Positions 45,731 to 55,701 are shown, counted from the stretch's first letter. The stretch is 64,000 bases of DNA from Nocardioides sp. (GCF_041393715.1 NZ_JAWKJQ010000006.1:76680-140679), one strand, 5' to 3'. The notes: generated by a model not told the origin, from the sequence alone. Numbers and translations are program-made.

Positions 45731-46395
45731 GGCTGCGCCCTCCGTTCGCCGGGGCCCGGCGTCGTGCGGCGGGCGTTCGCCAGCAACGGTACGACGCGCT
45801 GCCGCACCGCCGCAGCGATCTCCTCGACCGGGGCCCGCGCGTCGAGGACGAGGTAGCGGCCCGGCGTCTCGGCGGCCAGCTGCAGGAACGCCTCTCGCAC
45901 CCGGTGGTGGAACGCCTCGGACTCCGCCTCGATCCGGTCGCGGTCCTCGAACCGGCCCAGGCCGTGGGCGGGCTCCAGGTCGAGCAGCACGGTCAGCTGC
46001 GGGCGCAGGTCGTGGGTCGCCCAGCGCGCCACCGTCGCGACCTCGGCCGAGGTGAGCGCCCGCCCGGCCCCCTGGTAGGCCAGGGTGGAGTCGACGTAGC
46101 GGTCGGTGATCACCACCTCCCCGCGGGCGAGGGCGGGCAGCACGACCGCGTCGACGTGCTCGGACTTGTCGGCGGCGTAGAGAAGCGCCTCGGTGCGGTC
46201 GGAGAGCTCGCCGGTCGCCGGGTCGAGGACGATCCGGCGCAGCTGGCGCCCCACCTCGGTGTCGCCGGGCTCGAAGGTGAGCAGCACGGCGTAGCCCTGG
46301 CCCTCGAGCCAGTCGCGCAGCAGCCGCGACTGGGTGGACTTGCCGGCCCCCTCGCCGCCCTCGAAGCAGACGAACAGCCCGGAGGAGGCCAGCAT
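45727..46395 (-). CDS. tmk: Thymidylate kinase
   Basis: FEGGEGAGKSTQ, DRYVDSTLAYQG. Confidence 0.95.
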   Translation of the reverse strand: MLASSGLFVCFEGGEGAGKSTQSRLLRDWLEGQGYAVLLTFEPGDTEVGRQLRRIVLDPATGELSDRTEALLYAADKSEHVDAVVLPALARGEVVITDRYVDSTLAYQGAGRALTSAEVATVARWATHDLRPQLTVLLDLEPAHGLGRFEDRDRIEAESEAFHHRVREAFLQLAAETPGRYLVLDARAPVEEIAAAVRQRVVPLLANARRTTPGPGERRAQP

Positions 46396-46657
46396 GCCGG
46401 GGCCGCCGTCGGTCGCGGCGGCCAGCGGTATCTGCTCGCTCAGGGCGGGCTCCTCAGGGACGTGGGTGTGGTCGGACCGCGCGATACGCGCTCGGGACGA
46501 CGGTACGAGGTGCCACCCCCGGACGCCACGTCGGGCTCCGCTCGGCCGGCCCGGCGGGGCAGGTCGTCATCCTGGGGTCATCGAACCGTCATGCAAAAGA
46601 TTGCCCCCCGGCCATCCCCCTCCGGAGAAATCGCAGGTACGTTGAAGGAAGAGACCA

Positions 46658-46675
46658 CGTGATGGGGAAGTCACG
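46658..46675 (+). promoter_or_regulatory. Leader hairpin upstream of lytic transglycosylase (loop TGGGGAAG)
   Basis: CGTGA-TGGGGAAG-TCACG; same loop as at 8321-8350. Confidence 0.4.
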
Positions 46676-46750
46676 AGGGCAGGACATGGGGTCAGGACCA
46701 TCGCCCCGCCGCGAGCGACGGCGGTGGCCGTGGCCCTACGGGGAGTTGCC

Positions 46751-48093
46751 ATGACCGAGCGGGACCCGGTCGGCGCCGACAAGGTCGGCGGCCGGCACAC
46801 CTGGGTCATGCGCGCGGCCACGACGGTGCCGATCGTCGCCATGACCGTGGGCTGGTCCCTGGTGCTCGGGGAGCGTGCCGACGCCCCCATGGCCGAGCTG
46901 ATGGCCCCGGTCTCCGCCCCGGTCGCCGCCACCGTCGCTCCGGCGACCCTCCCCGAGGCCGTGACGGCACCCGTCACCGACACTCCCGGCAGCACCCGCG
47001 CCGCCCCGACCAGCGACCTGTCCCGCACGGCCAGCGCGGCCGACATCCCCGACGCGGCGCTCGCCGCCTACCAGCGCGCCGCGACCGTCATCAACGCCAC
47101 CGACCGCGGCTGCCACCTCCCGTGGGAGCTGCTCGCCGGCATCGGCCGGGTCGAGTCCAACCACGGACGGTTCGGCGGCAGCGAGCTCGACGGCGCCGGC
47201 GTGGCCACGCCCGCCATCATCGGCGTCGCCCTCGACGGCAGCCACGGCACCTCGGTGATCAAGGACACCGACCGCGGTGAGCTCGACGGCGACTCGACCT
47301 ACGACCGGGCCGTGGGCCCGATGCAGTTCATCCCCTCCACCTGGACCTACGTCGGTGTCGATGCCGACGGCGACGGTCGCCGCGACCCGCAGGACATCGA
47401 CGACGCCGCCTGGCCGCGGCCGTCTACCTGTGCGTCGGCGACCAGGACCTCTCCACGGTGGCCGGCCAGCGCTCGGCCGTCCACCGCTACAACCACAGCC
47501 AGTCCTACGTCGACCTGGTGCTGCGCATCGCCCGGGCCTATGCCCACGGCGACTACACCTCGGTCCCCGGCACCAGTCCCGCGTCCATGCCCACCACCAC
47601 CCAGACCCGTCCCACGGAGACGGTCGTTCCCCCGGCCGCCCCCGCCGACCCGCCGAAGCAGCCCCAGGCCGAGCAGGTCACCCCCGACCCTGACGGCGGC
47701 AAGCCGTCGGGCACCCCACCGCCGCTGGTCGACCCGGTTCCGACGACTGACGACCCGGGCGGGGACCCGACGTCGACCGAGCCGGAGCCGGCCGACCCGA
47801 CCCCGAGCGACGACCCGACCCCGAGCGGCGAGCCCGAGCCCTCCGGTGACGCCACTCCCGCGGGCGAGGCCACGCCCGCGGCCGACACGGGCTCCGCAGC
47901 GCCGGCGCCGATCACCCCCGCCTCGGCGGCCGCGCTCTGCGTCGAGGTGGGCTACGTCGACGACCCCGACGTGGCCGACGAGCCCTACGACGCCTGCCTG
48001 GCCCTGCTCCTCGGCGACCCGCCAGAGATCGGTCTCCCCACGAAGGGCGAGCTCCTGGCCCGCCTCGAGGCCGAGGGCATCCCGCTCCCCTGA
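46751..48093 (+). pseudogene. Lytic transglycosylase (SLT/MltB-like) with Pro/Thr-rich tail; apparent -1 frameshift at 47410
   Basis: GIGRVESNHG, DRAVGPMQFIPSTW, DPQDIDDAA, then LAAAVYLC...RYNHSQSYV in another frame; adding one C restores the frame. Confidence 0.82.
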
Positions 48094-48106
48094 CGCCGGA
48101 CCCGGC

Positions 48107-50782
48107 CTAGCCCGAGGTCGCCTTCTTGGTGGCCTTCTTCGCGGTCTTCTTCGTCGTCTTCTTCGCGGTCTTCTTGGCGCCCCGCTTGGCCGCCTTCTTG
48201 GCCGGACCCTTGGCCCGCCGCTCGGCCAGCAGCTCCGCGGCCCGCTCGAGGGTGATCGCCTCGACGGTGTCGTCCTTGCGCAGGGTGGCGTTGTACTCAC
48301 CGTCGGTGACGTAGTCGCCGAAGCGCCCGCTCTTCACGACCACCGGCTGCCCCGAGACCGGGTCGGCCCCCAGCTCCTTGAGCGGCGCCGCCGCCGCGGC
48401 CCGGCCGCGGGTCTTGGGCTGGGCGTAGATCGCCAGCGCCTCGTCGAGGGTGATGGTGAGCAGCTGCTCCTCGGAGGTGAGCGACCGGGAGTCGGTGCCC
48501 TTCTTGAGATAGGGCCCGTAGCGCCCGTTCTGTGCGGTGATCTCGACACCCTCGGCGTCGGTGCCGACCACCCGGGGCAGGGACAGCAGGGTGACGGCCT
48601 GGTCGAGGGTGATCGTGTCGAGGCTCATCGACTTGAACAGCGAGCCGGTGCGCGGCTTGGCCCCCTTGGGCGCGTCCTCGGGCAGCACCTCGGTGACGTA
48701 GGGGCCGTAGCGCCCGTTCTTGGCGACCACCGGCAGCCCGGTGTCGGGGTGGTCGCCCAGGGCGACCTCGGCTCCCGCCGGGTTGGCGAAGAGCTCGCGG
48801 GCCTTCTCGAGCGTCAGCTCGTCGGGCGGCAGGTCGTCGGGCACGTTGGCGCGGGTGGCCCCGGGCGTGCCCTCGTCGTCGGGCCCCTCGAGGTAGGGGC
48901 CGTAGCGGCCCACGCGCAACACGATGCCCGAGTCGGGCCCGCCCACCGGGAAGGTGGCCAGCTCCTTGGCGTCGATGTCCCCGAGCCCGGTGACCAGAGG
49001 GTGCAGCCCACGCACCCGCTCGGAGCCGTAGTAGAACTCGGCGAGCTCGGAGTTGCGGTCCTTGTCGCCGCGCGCGATCTCGTCGAGCACCGTCTCCATC
49101 TGAGCGGTGAACTCGTAGGAGATGAACCGGGTGAAGTGCTCCTCGAGCAGCCGCACCACCGAGAACGCCAACCAGGCCGGCACCAGCGCCGTGCCCTTCT
49201 TGTAGACGTAGCCGCGGTTGATGATCGTGCCGATGATCGAGGCGTACGTCGACGGTCGGCCGATCTCGCGGTCCTCGAGCTCCTTGATCAGGGTGGCCTC
49301 GGTGAACCGGGCTGGCGGCTTCGTCTCATGGCCGGCGGCGCTCACCGACGCCGCCGTCAACGTCTCGCCCTCCGTCAGGGACGGGAGCCGGGTCTGCTCG
49401 TCGTCACGCTTCTTCGACGAGTCGTCCTGGTCCTCGACGTAGGCCTTCAGGAAGCCGTGGAAGGTGATCGTGCGCCCACTGGCGGAGAACACCACGTCCT
49501 CGCCGCTGGCGGCCGCGCCGCCGAGCCGGACCGTCACGGAGTTGCCGACCGCGTCCTTCATCTGCGAGGCGACCGTGCGCATCCAGATCAGCTCGTAGAG
49601 CCGGAACTGGTCACCGGTCAGCCCGGTCTGACCCGGCGTGCGGAACGTCGCGCCGGCCGGCCGGATCGCCTCGTGCGCCTCCTGGGCGTTCTTGACCTTG
49701 CTGGCGTAGGTGCGCGGCGCGTCGGGGAGGTACTCCGCCCCGTAGAGCTCGCGGACCTGCGAGCGCGCGGCGTTGACCGCGGAGCCCGACAGCGTGGTGC
49801 TGTCGGTGCGCATGTAGGTGATGTAGCCGTTCTCGTAGAGCCGCTGCGCCACCGACATCGTCATCGAGGCGCTCATGCCGAGCTTGCGCGAGGCCTCCTG
49901 CTGCATCGTGGTGGTGCGGAACGGAGGGTAGGGCGAGCGGCGGTAGGGCTTGGACTCCACCGAGCGGACGTCGTAGGTCGTGTCGGCGAGGGCGCCGGCC
50001 AGCGCCTCGGCCCGACCGCGGTCGAGGTGGGCGACGCCGTCCTTCGTGAGCAGACCGTCGGGACCGAAGTCCTGGCCGCGGGCCACCCGCGCGCCGTCGA
50101 CGGAGTAGAGCTTGGCGGGGAACATCCGTGGCTGGTGGTCGGCGCCGGCGTCGAAGGTGCCCTCGAGGTCCCAGTAGGACGCGACCCGGAACGCCATCCG
50201 GTCGCGCTCGCGGTCGACCACCAGACGGGTGGCGACCGACTGCACCCGACCGGCCGACAGGCCCGACATCACCTTGCGCCACAGCACCGGGGAGACCTCG
50301 TAGCCGTAGAGGCGGTCGAGGATGCGGCGGGCCTCCTGGGCCTCGACCAGGTCCAGGTCGAGGTCGCGCGGACTGTCGGCGGCGGCCAGGATCGCCGGCT
50401 TGGTGATCTCGTGGAAGACCATCCGCTTGACGGGCACCTTGGGCTTGAGCTCGTCGAGCAGGTGCCAGGCGATCGCCTCGCCCTCGCGGTCCTCGTCGGT
50501 GGCGAGGTAGAGCTCGTCGGCGTCCTTGAGCAGCTTCTTGAGCTTGGCGATGTGGGACTTCTTGTCGCGCGGGACGACGTAGTAGGGCTGGAAGTCGTGC
50601 TCGACGTCGACGGCGAGCCGGCCCCACGGCTTGTCCTTGATCGCGGTGGGCGTGTCGGCCGCCGACTGGGGAAGGTCGCGGATGTGCCCGATCGACGACT
50701 CCACGACATAGTCCTTGCCGAGGTAGCCGCCGATCGTGCGCGCCTTCGCCGGCGACTCGACGATCACCAACTTGTGTGCCAC
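48107..50782 (-). CDS. topA: DNA topoisomerase I
   Basis: KLVIVESPAKA, ATDEDREGE, SAGRVQS, ITYMRTDS; Lys-rich actinobacterial tail. Confidence 0.97.
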   Translation of the reverse strand: MAHKLVIVESPAKARTIGGYLGKDYVVESSIGHIRDLPQSAADTPTAIKDKPWGRLAVDVEHDFQPYYVVPRDKKSHIAKLKKLLKDADELYLATDEDREGEAIAWHLLDELKPKVPVKRMVFHEITKPAILAAADSPRDLDLDLVEAQEARRILDRLYGYEVSPVLWRKVMSGLSAGRVQSVATRLVVDRERDRMAFRVASYWDLEGTFDAGADHQPRMFPAKLYSVDGARVARGQDFGPDGLLTKDGVAHLDRGRAEALAGALADTTYDVRSVESKPYRRSPYPPFRTTTMQQEASRKLGMSASMTMSVAQRLYENGYITYMRTDSTTLSGSAVNAARSQVRELYGAEYLPDAPRTYASKVKNAQEAHEAIRPAGATFRTPGQTGLTGDQFRLYELIWMRTVASQMKDAVGNSVTVRLGGAAASGEDVVFSASGRTITFHGFLKAYVEDQDDSSKKRDDEQTRLPSLTEGETLTAASVSAAGHETKPPARFTEATLIKELEDREIGRPSTYASIIGTIINRGYVYKKGTALVPAWLAFSVVRLLEEHFTRFISYEFTAQMETVLDEIARGDKDRNSELAEFYYGSERVRGLHPLVTGLGDIDAKELATFPVGGPDSGIVLRVGRYGPYLEGPDDEGTPGATRANVPDDLPPDELTLEKARELFANPAGAEVALGDHPDTGLPVVAKNGRYGPYVTEVLPEDAPKGAKPRTGSLFKSMSLDTITLDQAVTLLSLPRVVGTDAEGVEITAQNGRYGPYLKKGTDSRSLTSEEQLLTITLDEALAIYAQPKTRGRAAAAAPLKELGADPVSGQPVVVKSGRFGDYVTDGEYNATLRKDDTVEAITLERAAELLAERRAKGPAKKAAKRGAKKTAKKTTKKTAKKATKKATSG

Positions 50783-51006
50783 GGACGTCCCTTGCTCGTG
50801 CGGTTCACCGGTTCGGTCCGAGGCGGGCTCCGAGACGAGCCCCGGTCGAGATCCGGGTGGGCGACGGGGCCCACGGCGGAACACGGTAGCGCGAACGTCC
50901 GCGGAGTCCAGCGCGGTGGTCGGTCGGCGGTGGTCGCGAAGGCCCCGGCGCCCACCTGGAGAACGGGGTGCGTCCGGGCGGCTGCGACGTGGGTAGGTTC
51001 GGCTCG

Positions 51007-53832
51007 ATGGCACCTGCGTCCTCCGCTCCAGAGACGCGGGCCGAGGTAAGGCTCCTCGGCCCGTTCGAGGTGCGCGTGGGCGGCCGGCCGGTGACCGTGA
51101 GCGCCGCCCAGCAGCGGGTGGTGCTCGCCGCGCTCGCCCTCCGGGTCGGCGAGCCCGTGACGACCGACACGCTGTGCGACGCGCTGTGGCCCGAGCAGGT
51201 CCCCAGCACCGCCCGCACCTCGCTGCACAACACGATCCGGCGACTGCGGCTGTTGCTTGCCGACGCGGGAGCGGGCGAGCCCCTCCGCACCGGACCCGAC
51301 GGCTATCGGCTCGACCTGCCCGACGGCGCCGTCGACGCCGTGGCGTTCACCAACGGCGTGACCCGGGCTCGCAGGCTGGCGGCCGGGGGCGACGAGGCCG
51401 CCGCGCGGTCGGCGTACGACGAGGCGCTGGGGTGGTGGCGCGGTGAGCCGATGCAGGCACTGGTCGGCGCCGGCTGGCTCGCCGGCCCGGCCGAGCAGCT
51501 GACCGAGCTGCGGCTGACCGCGACCGAGGAGTGGTCCGACCTGGAACGCGCCGCCGGTCGTCCCGAGCGCGCCCTCGAGCGGCTGGCTCCCCTGGCCGAG
51601 GCGCAGCCGCTGCGCGAGGGACTGCGGGCCCGGCTGATGCTGGCCATGCAGGCGGCCGGACGGACGGCGGACGCGCTGGCCCACTACGGCGCCGCGCGGC
51701 GACTGCTGGTCGAGGAGCTGGGCGTGGAGCCCGGCCCCGCCCTGCGCGCTGCCCACGCCGAGGTGCTCCGGCTCGATGAGGAGGCCAGCACGGCCGACAC
51801 CGCCGCACCACTGGTGGCCCCCGCCCAGCTGCCCGCGACCGGCACCTCGGTCGTCGGCCGTGACGACGAGCTCGCCCTGCTCGACGGGGCGCTGCCCGAG
51901 CCCACCGAGCGCCCCGTCGTCTGCGTCGTCTCCGGGGCCGCCGGCGTGGGCAAGACCACGTTGGCGGCGCGGTGGGCGCACCGCACGGCGAGCGCGTTCC
52001 CCGACGGCCAGCTGTGGGTCGACCTGCGTGGGTTCGACGCCCAGGGCCGGCCGCTGACACCGGGGCAGGTGCTGGAGCGCTTCCTGACCGCCTTCGGTGT
52101 GGCCGCCGACGACCTGCCGGTCGACCCCGACGCGGCGGCCGACCTCTACCGGAGCCTGATCGCCGACCGGCGGATGCTGGTGGTGCTCGACAACGCCCGC
52201 GACGCGGCGCAGGTGCGCCCGCTGCTGCCGACGGGCCCGGGCAGCCTGGCCCTGGTCACCAGCCGCCACGACCTGAGCTCGCTGGCCGTCACCCAGGGCG
52301 CCCGGCTGGTCTCCCTGGACGTGCTGCCCGACGGCCCCGCCGAACGCCTGCTGGCCGAGCGGCTCGGCGTGGCTCGGCTGCGGGCCGAGCCGGCCGCCGT
52401 ACCCGAGATCCTGGCGCGCTGCGGCGGCCTGCCGTTGGCGCTGGCCCTGGTCGCCGGGCGGGCGGCGGCGCAGCCCCGGCTACCGCTGCTCACCCTGGCC
52501 GAGCAGCTGCGCGACTCCTCCCTGGACGTGCTCGGCCTGGGCGACCCGGCGACCGACCTGCGGGCCGTGCTGTCCTGGTCGCTCGACGCGCTGACGCCCG
52601 ACACCGCGCGGGCCTTCGCGCTGCTCGGCGTGCACCCCGGTCCCGAGGTGGACGCGGCCGCGCTGGCGAGCCTGGCCGAGGTGCCGGTCCGCCAGGCCCG
52701 CACGACACTGGACGAGCTGGTCCGCGCCCACCTCGCCGTGCCGCGTGGCCCGCACCGCGTCGCCATGCACGACCTGGTGCGCGACCACGCCCGCGAGCTG
52801 GCTCGCGGCCTGCTGACCGCGGACGAGCGCGTCGACCTGGTCCGCCGGCTGGCCGACCACTACCTGCGGTCGGCGTATGCCGCGACCCGGACGCTGTTCA
52901 CCACGCCGTTGCCGTTCGCGCTCGACCCACCCGTGCCGGGCGTCGTCACCGAGACCTTCGCCGACCCCGAGCACGGCACGGCCTGGCTGCAGGCCGAGCT
53001 GCCCGCCCTGGCCCGCGTGCTGGAGGCCGCCGCCGAGGTGCCCGGGCTGGCGGACTACCCGTGGCGGATGGCCCGCGCGGTGAGTGGCTACCTGTGGGAC
53101 CGCTGCGCCTGGGCCGACATCGCGCACCTGCACGGGCTCGCCCTGCGGGCCAGCCTCCGCGCGAGCGACCGAGTCGGGGAGGCCGATGCCCGTCACGGCC
53201 TCGGCGACGCGTACGCCGGCCTCGGACGGTTCGACGAGGCCGGCGCCGAGCTGGCGCGGTCGCTCGATCTCTACGCCGCCATCGGCGACGTCATGGGTGA
53301 GAGCGATGTGCGCTGCACCATGGGCCGGATGCTCGAGCTGGCCGGCGACGCCGAGGGCTCGATCCACCACACCGGCCTCGCGCTGGAGCTCTACCGGCAG
53401 ATCGGCGACCGCAGCGGCGAGGCGGTCGCGCTCAACAACATCGGCTGGATGCACTCCACCCTCGGCGACTTCGAGCCCGCGCTGGCCAGCTGCACGGCCG
53501 CGCTCGACCTCTACCGCGCCGACGGCGACCACGCCGGGGTCGCCTACGCCCTGGACAGCATGGGCCGTGCCTACCTCGGGCTCGGCGACCTGGCCCGGGC
53601 CATCGAGTGCTACGCGGAGGCCGCCGACAGCGCTCGGGCGATCGGCCAGCACTTCAACCGGGCCGCCAACCTCACCCACCTGGGCGACGCCCGGCACGCG
53701 AACGGGGAGCCCGAGGCGGCCCGCGTCGCCTGGCGGGATGCGCTCGTCCTCCTCGAGGAGATCGGGCACCCCCGGGCGGAGTCGCTCCGGTCCCGGCTGG
53801 CGCTGCTCGGCGCCGGGACCGCCTCGCGTTAG
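51007..53832 (+). CDS. AfsR/SARP-family regulator 2 (winged HTH + BTAD + NB-ARC + TPR)
   Basis: VRLLGPFEV, QPLREGLRARLMLAM, GAAGVGKT, LVVLDNA, CGGLPLAL, TPR repeats; TAGGTT 7 nt before ATG. Confidence 0.93.
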   Translation: MAPASSAPETRAEVRLLGPFEVRVGGRPVTVSAAQQRVVLAALALRVGEPVTTDTLCDALWPEQVPSTARTSLHNTIRRLRLLLADAGAGEPLRTGPDGYRLDLPDGAVDAVAFTNGVTRARRLAAGGDEAAARSAYDEALGWWRGEPMQALVGAGWLAGPAEQLTELRLTATEEWSDLERAAGRPERALERLAPLAEAQPLREGLRARLMLAMQAAGRTADALAHYGAARRLLVEELGVEPGPALRAAHAEVLRLDEEASTADTAAPLVAPAQLPATGTSVVGRDDELALLDGALPEPTERPVVCVVSGAAGVGKTTLAARWAHRTASAFPDGQLWVDLRGFDAQGRPLTPGQVLERFLTAFGVAADDLPVDPDAAADLYRSLIADRRMLVVLDNARDAAQVRPLLPTGPGSLALVTSRHDLSSLAVTQGARLVSLDVLPDGPAERLLAERLGVARLRAEPAAVPEILARCGGLPLALALVAGRAAAQPRLPLLTLAEQLRDSSLDVLGLGDPATDLRAVLSWSLDALTPDTARAFALLGVHPGPEVDAAALASLAEVPVRQARTTLDELVRAHLAVPRGPHRVAMHDLVRDHARELARGLLTADERVDLVRRLADHYLRSAYAATRTLFTTPLPFALDPPVPGVVTETFADPEHGTAWLQAELPALARVLEAAAEVPGLADYPWRMARAVSGYLWDRCAWADIAHLHGLALRASLRASDRVGEADARHGLGDAYAGLGRFDEAGAELARSLDLYAAIGDVMGESDVRCTMGRMLELAGDAEGSIHHTGLALELYRQIGDRSGEAVALNNIGWMHSTLGDFEPALASCTAALDLYRADGDHAGVAYALDSMGRAYLGLGDLARAIECYAEAADSARAIGQHFNRAANLTHLGDARHANGEPEAARVAWRDALVLLEEIGHPRAESLRSRLALLGAGTASR

Positions 53833-53860
53833 CGCGGCGTTAGCGGCCCGCTGCCAGGTT
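53827..53860 (+). promoter_or_regulatory. SARP-type operator/promoter 5 (variant heptamer), overlapping regulator 2 stop codon
   Basis: GTTAGCG-N4-GTTAGCG-N9-CAGGTT; TAG stop 53830-53832 lies inside repeat 1. Confidence 0.7.
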
Positions 53861-53976
53861 CGTGGCGTACCTGGCCACGAGTGCCCCCCTGGTCGCGCAG
53901 CGACCGCACGGGGTCGCGCTCACGTCGCGGCGACGTCGAGACGCCGCCGCGGCACCGCACCGAAAGGGGCGTCCGA

Positions 53977-55701
53977 ATGCCTCGACCCGTCCGTGGCGCG
54001 CGGCTGCTGCTCAGCGCGCTCGCCTGCCTGCTCGCCCTCTCCCTCACCGCGCCGGCCCTGGCCGACGACGGCTCGACCGACCCCTCGCCGTCCACCACGC
54101 CGACGGTGAGCAATGCGACGATCCTGGCGGCCAAGGCCTACCCGGGCGTGCAGCTCATCGCGACGACGTACACCGCGACCGTGTCGGTGCAGGTGCCGGT
54201 GATCAACCAGGCCGCACTGACCCAGCTCGCGCAGCGGATCGCCACCCAGGCCGTGCTCGGGACCATCGACACCTCCGACGAGGCGATCACCGAGGCGATC
54301 GTCGACGCCGTCGTGAAGTCGCCCAACACCTACTTCCTGCCCGGCCCGCGGACCTACAGCCGCCGCAACAGCCTGACCGGCGTCGGCACCGGCTGGGCGA
54401 TCACGCCCGACGGCTACATGATCACCGCCGCCCACGTCGTCCGGACCGCGCGGCCCGAGCTCCGCCGGGCCTTCGCCGTGAACCGGCTGAACAAGCTGGG
54501 CCAGCAGTTCGTGCGGGGGCTGCAGAACAGCGGCACCCGCTTCACCCCCGACCAGGTCGAGCGACTCCGCAAGGCGATCCTCGGCTGGCTGGCCGCGCAC
54601 CTGTCGGTCACCAACCTCAACGTCAAGGTCGCCGCCGAGCTCGCGGTCGGGTTTGACGGGCTCGGCAAGGACCAGCGACCGATCGAGGCCGAGGTGGTCG
54701 ACATCGGCAAGCCCTACCCGGGCAGCGACATCGCCCTGCTCAAGATCGACGGCCAGGAGCATCTGCCGACGATCGAGGTCGGCAGCAACGACGACGTCTC
54801 GCCCGGTTCGACGGTGCATGTGGTCGGCTTCCCCGCGGCGTCCACCTTCCTGCCGTCGATGTCGCGTGACGCCCAGGTGCAGCCGACCGTCACCGAGGGA
54901 CCCGTCACCGCGGTCAAGAGCACCAGCTCCGGCATGCCGGTCTTCCAGACGCAGGCACCCGCCAGCCCCGGCAACTCCGGCGGCCCGGTGCTGACCGACC
55001 GCGGGTCCGCCGTGGGAGTGCTGGTGGCCAGCGCCGTGGGCAGCGACGGGGTCGCCGCCCAGGGGCAGAACTTCGTGATCCCCGCCAGCGAGGTGCAGGA
55101 CATGCTCGAGCGCAACGGCGTCACGCCCGAGCGCAGCGACACCACCGCGACCTACGACCAGGCCGTCGACGAGTTCTACGCCGACCACTTCGAGGCCGCG
55201 CTGCCGCTGTTCGAGAAGGTCGAGACGCTCTACCCGGCGCACCCGTTCGCGCAGAAGTTCATCACCGACAGCAAGACCGCGATCGACGAGGGTCGCGACA
55301 GGACACCCGCGCCGGCGGAGGAGCCGGGTGTCAGCCCGCTGCTGCTCGGCGGGGTGGGCGCGGCGCTGCTGCTGCTCCTCGCCGGTGGTGGGTTGGCGCT
55401 GTGGATGCGCGGTCGGCAACGGGCGGCTGCCGGGCCGGCGTACCCGGGCGGCGAGGCGGGCGCTGGGCCGGGCGCATGGATGCCGCCCGCGTCGCCGCCG
55501 TACCCCTCGCCGGCGTACGCCGCCCCGGCCGAGCAGCAGCCCGCACCGGTCGAGGTGCCCGCTGCGGCCCCTGCGGAGGCGGCGGTCGAGGCACCGACGG
55601 CGCCGGCCGCGATGCCGACGAGCCCGCCGCCGCAGCCCGTCTGGGACCCGGACCGGGGTTGGTACCTGCCCGAGACCGACCCCTCGCCCGAGTCGCCCTG
55701 A
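53977..55701 (+). CDS. Trypsin-like (S1) serine protease with signal peptide, C-terminal TM anchor and Pro-rich tail
   Basis: ITAAHV, SDIALLK, GNSGGP triad; C-terminal LLLGGVGAALLLLLAGG. Confidence 0.9.
   Translation: MPRPVRGARLLLSALACLLALSLTAPALADDGSTDPSPSTTPTVSNATILAAKAYPGVQLIATTYTATVSVQVPVINQAALTQLAQRIATQAVLGTIDTSDEAITEAIVDAVVKSPNTYFLPGPRTYSRRNSLTGVGTGWAITPDGYMITAAHVVRTARPELRRAFAVNRLNKLGQQFVRGLQNSGTRFTPDQVERLRKAILGWLAAHLSVTNLNVKVAAELAVGFDGLGKDQRPIEAEVVDIGKPYPGSDIALLKIDGQEHLPTIEVGSNDDVSPGSTVHVVGFPAASTFLPSMSRDAQVQPTVTEGPVTAVKSTSSGMPVFQTQAPASPGNSGGPVLTDRGSAVGVLVASAVGSDGVAAQGQNFVIPASEVQDMLERNGVTPERSDTTATYDQAVDEFYADHFEAALPLFEKVETLYPAHPFAQKFITDSKTAIDEGRDRTPAPAEEPGVSPLLLGGVGAALLLLLAGGGLALWMRGRQRAAAGPAYPGGEAGAGPGAWMPPASPPYPSPAYAAPAEQQPAPVEVPAAAPAEAAVEAPTAPAAMPTSPPPQPVWDPDRGWYLPETDPSPESP

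Noticed and set aside
46724-51049. 1441-aa plus-strand ORF
   Set aside because: Its first part is the frameshifted transglycosylase; the rest is out-of-frame sequence and an antisense shadow of topA, typical of high-GC DNA.
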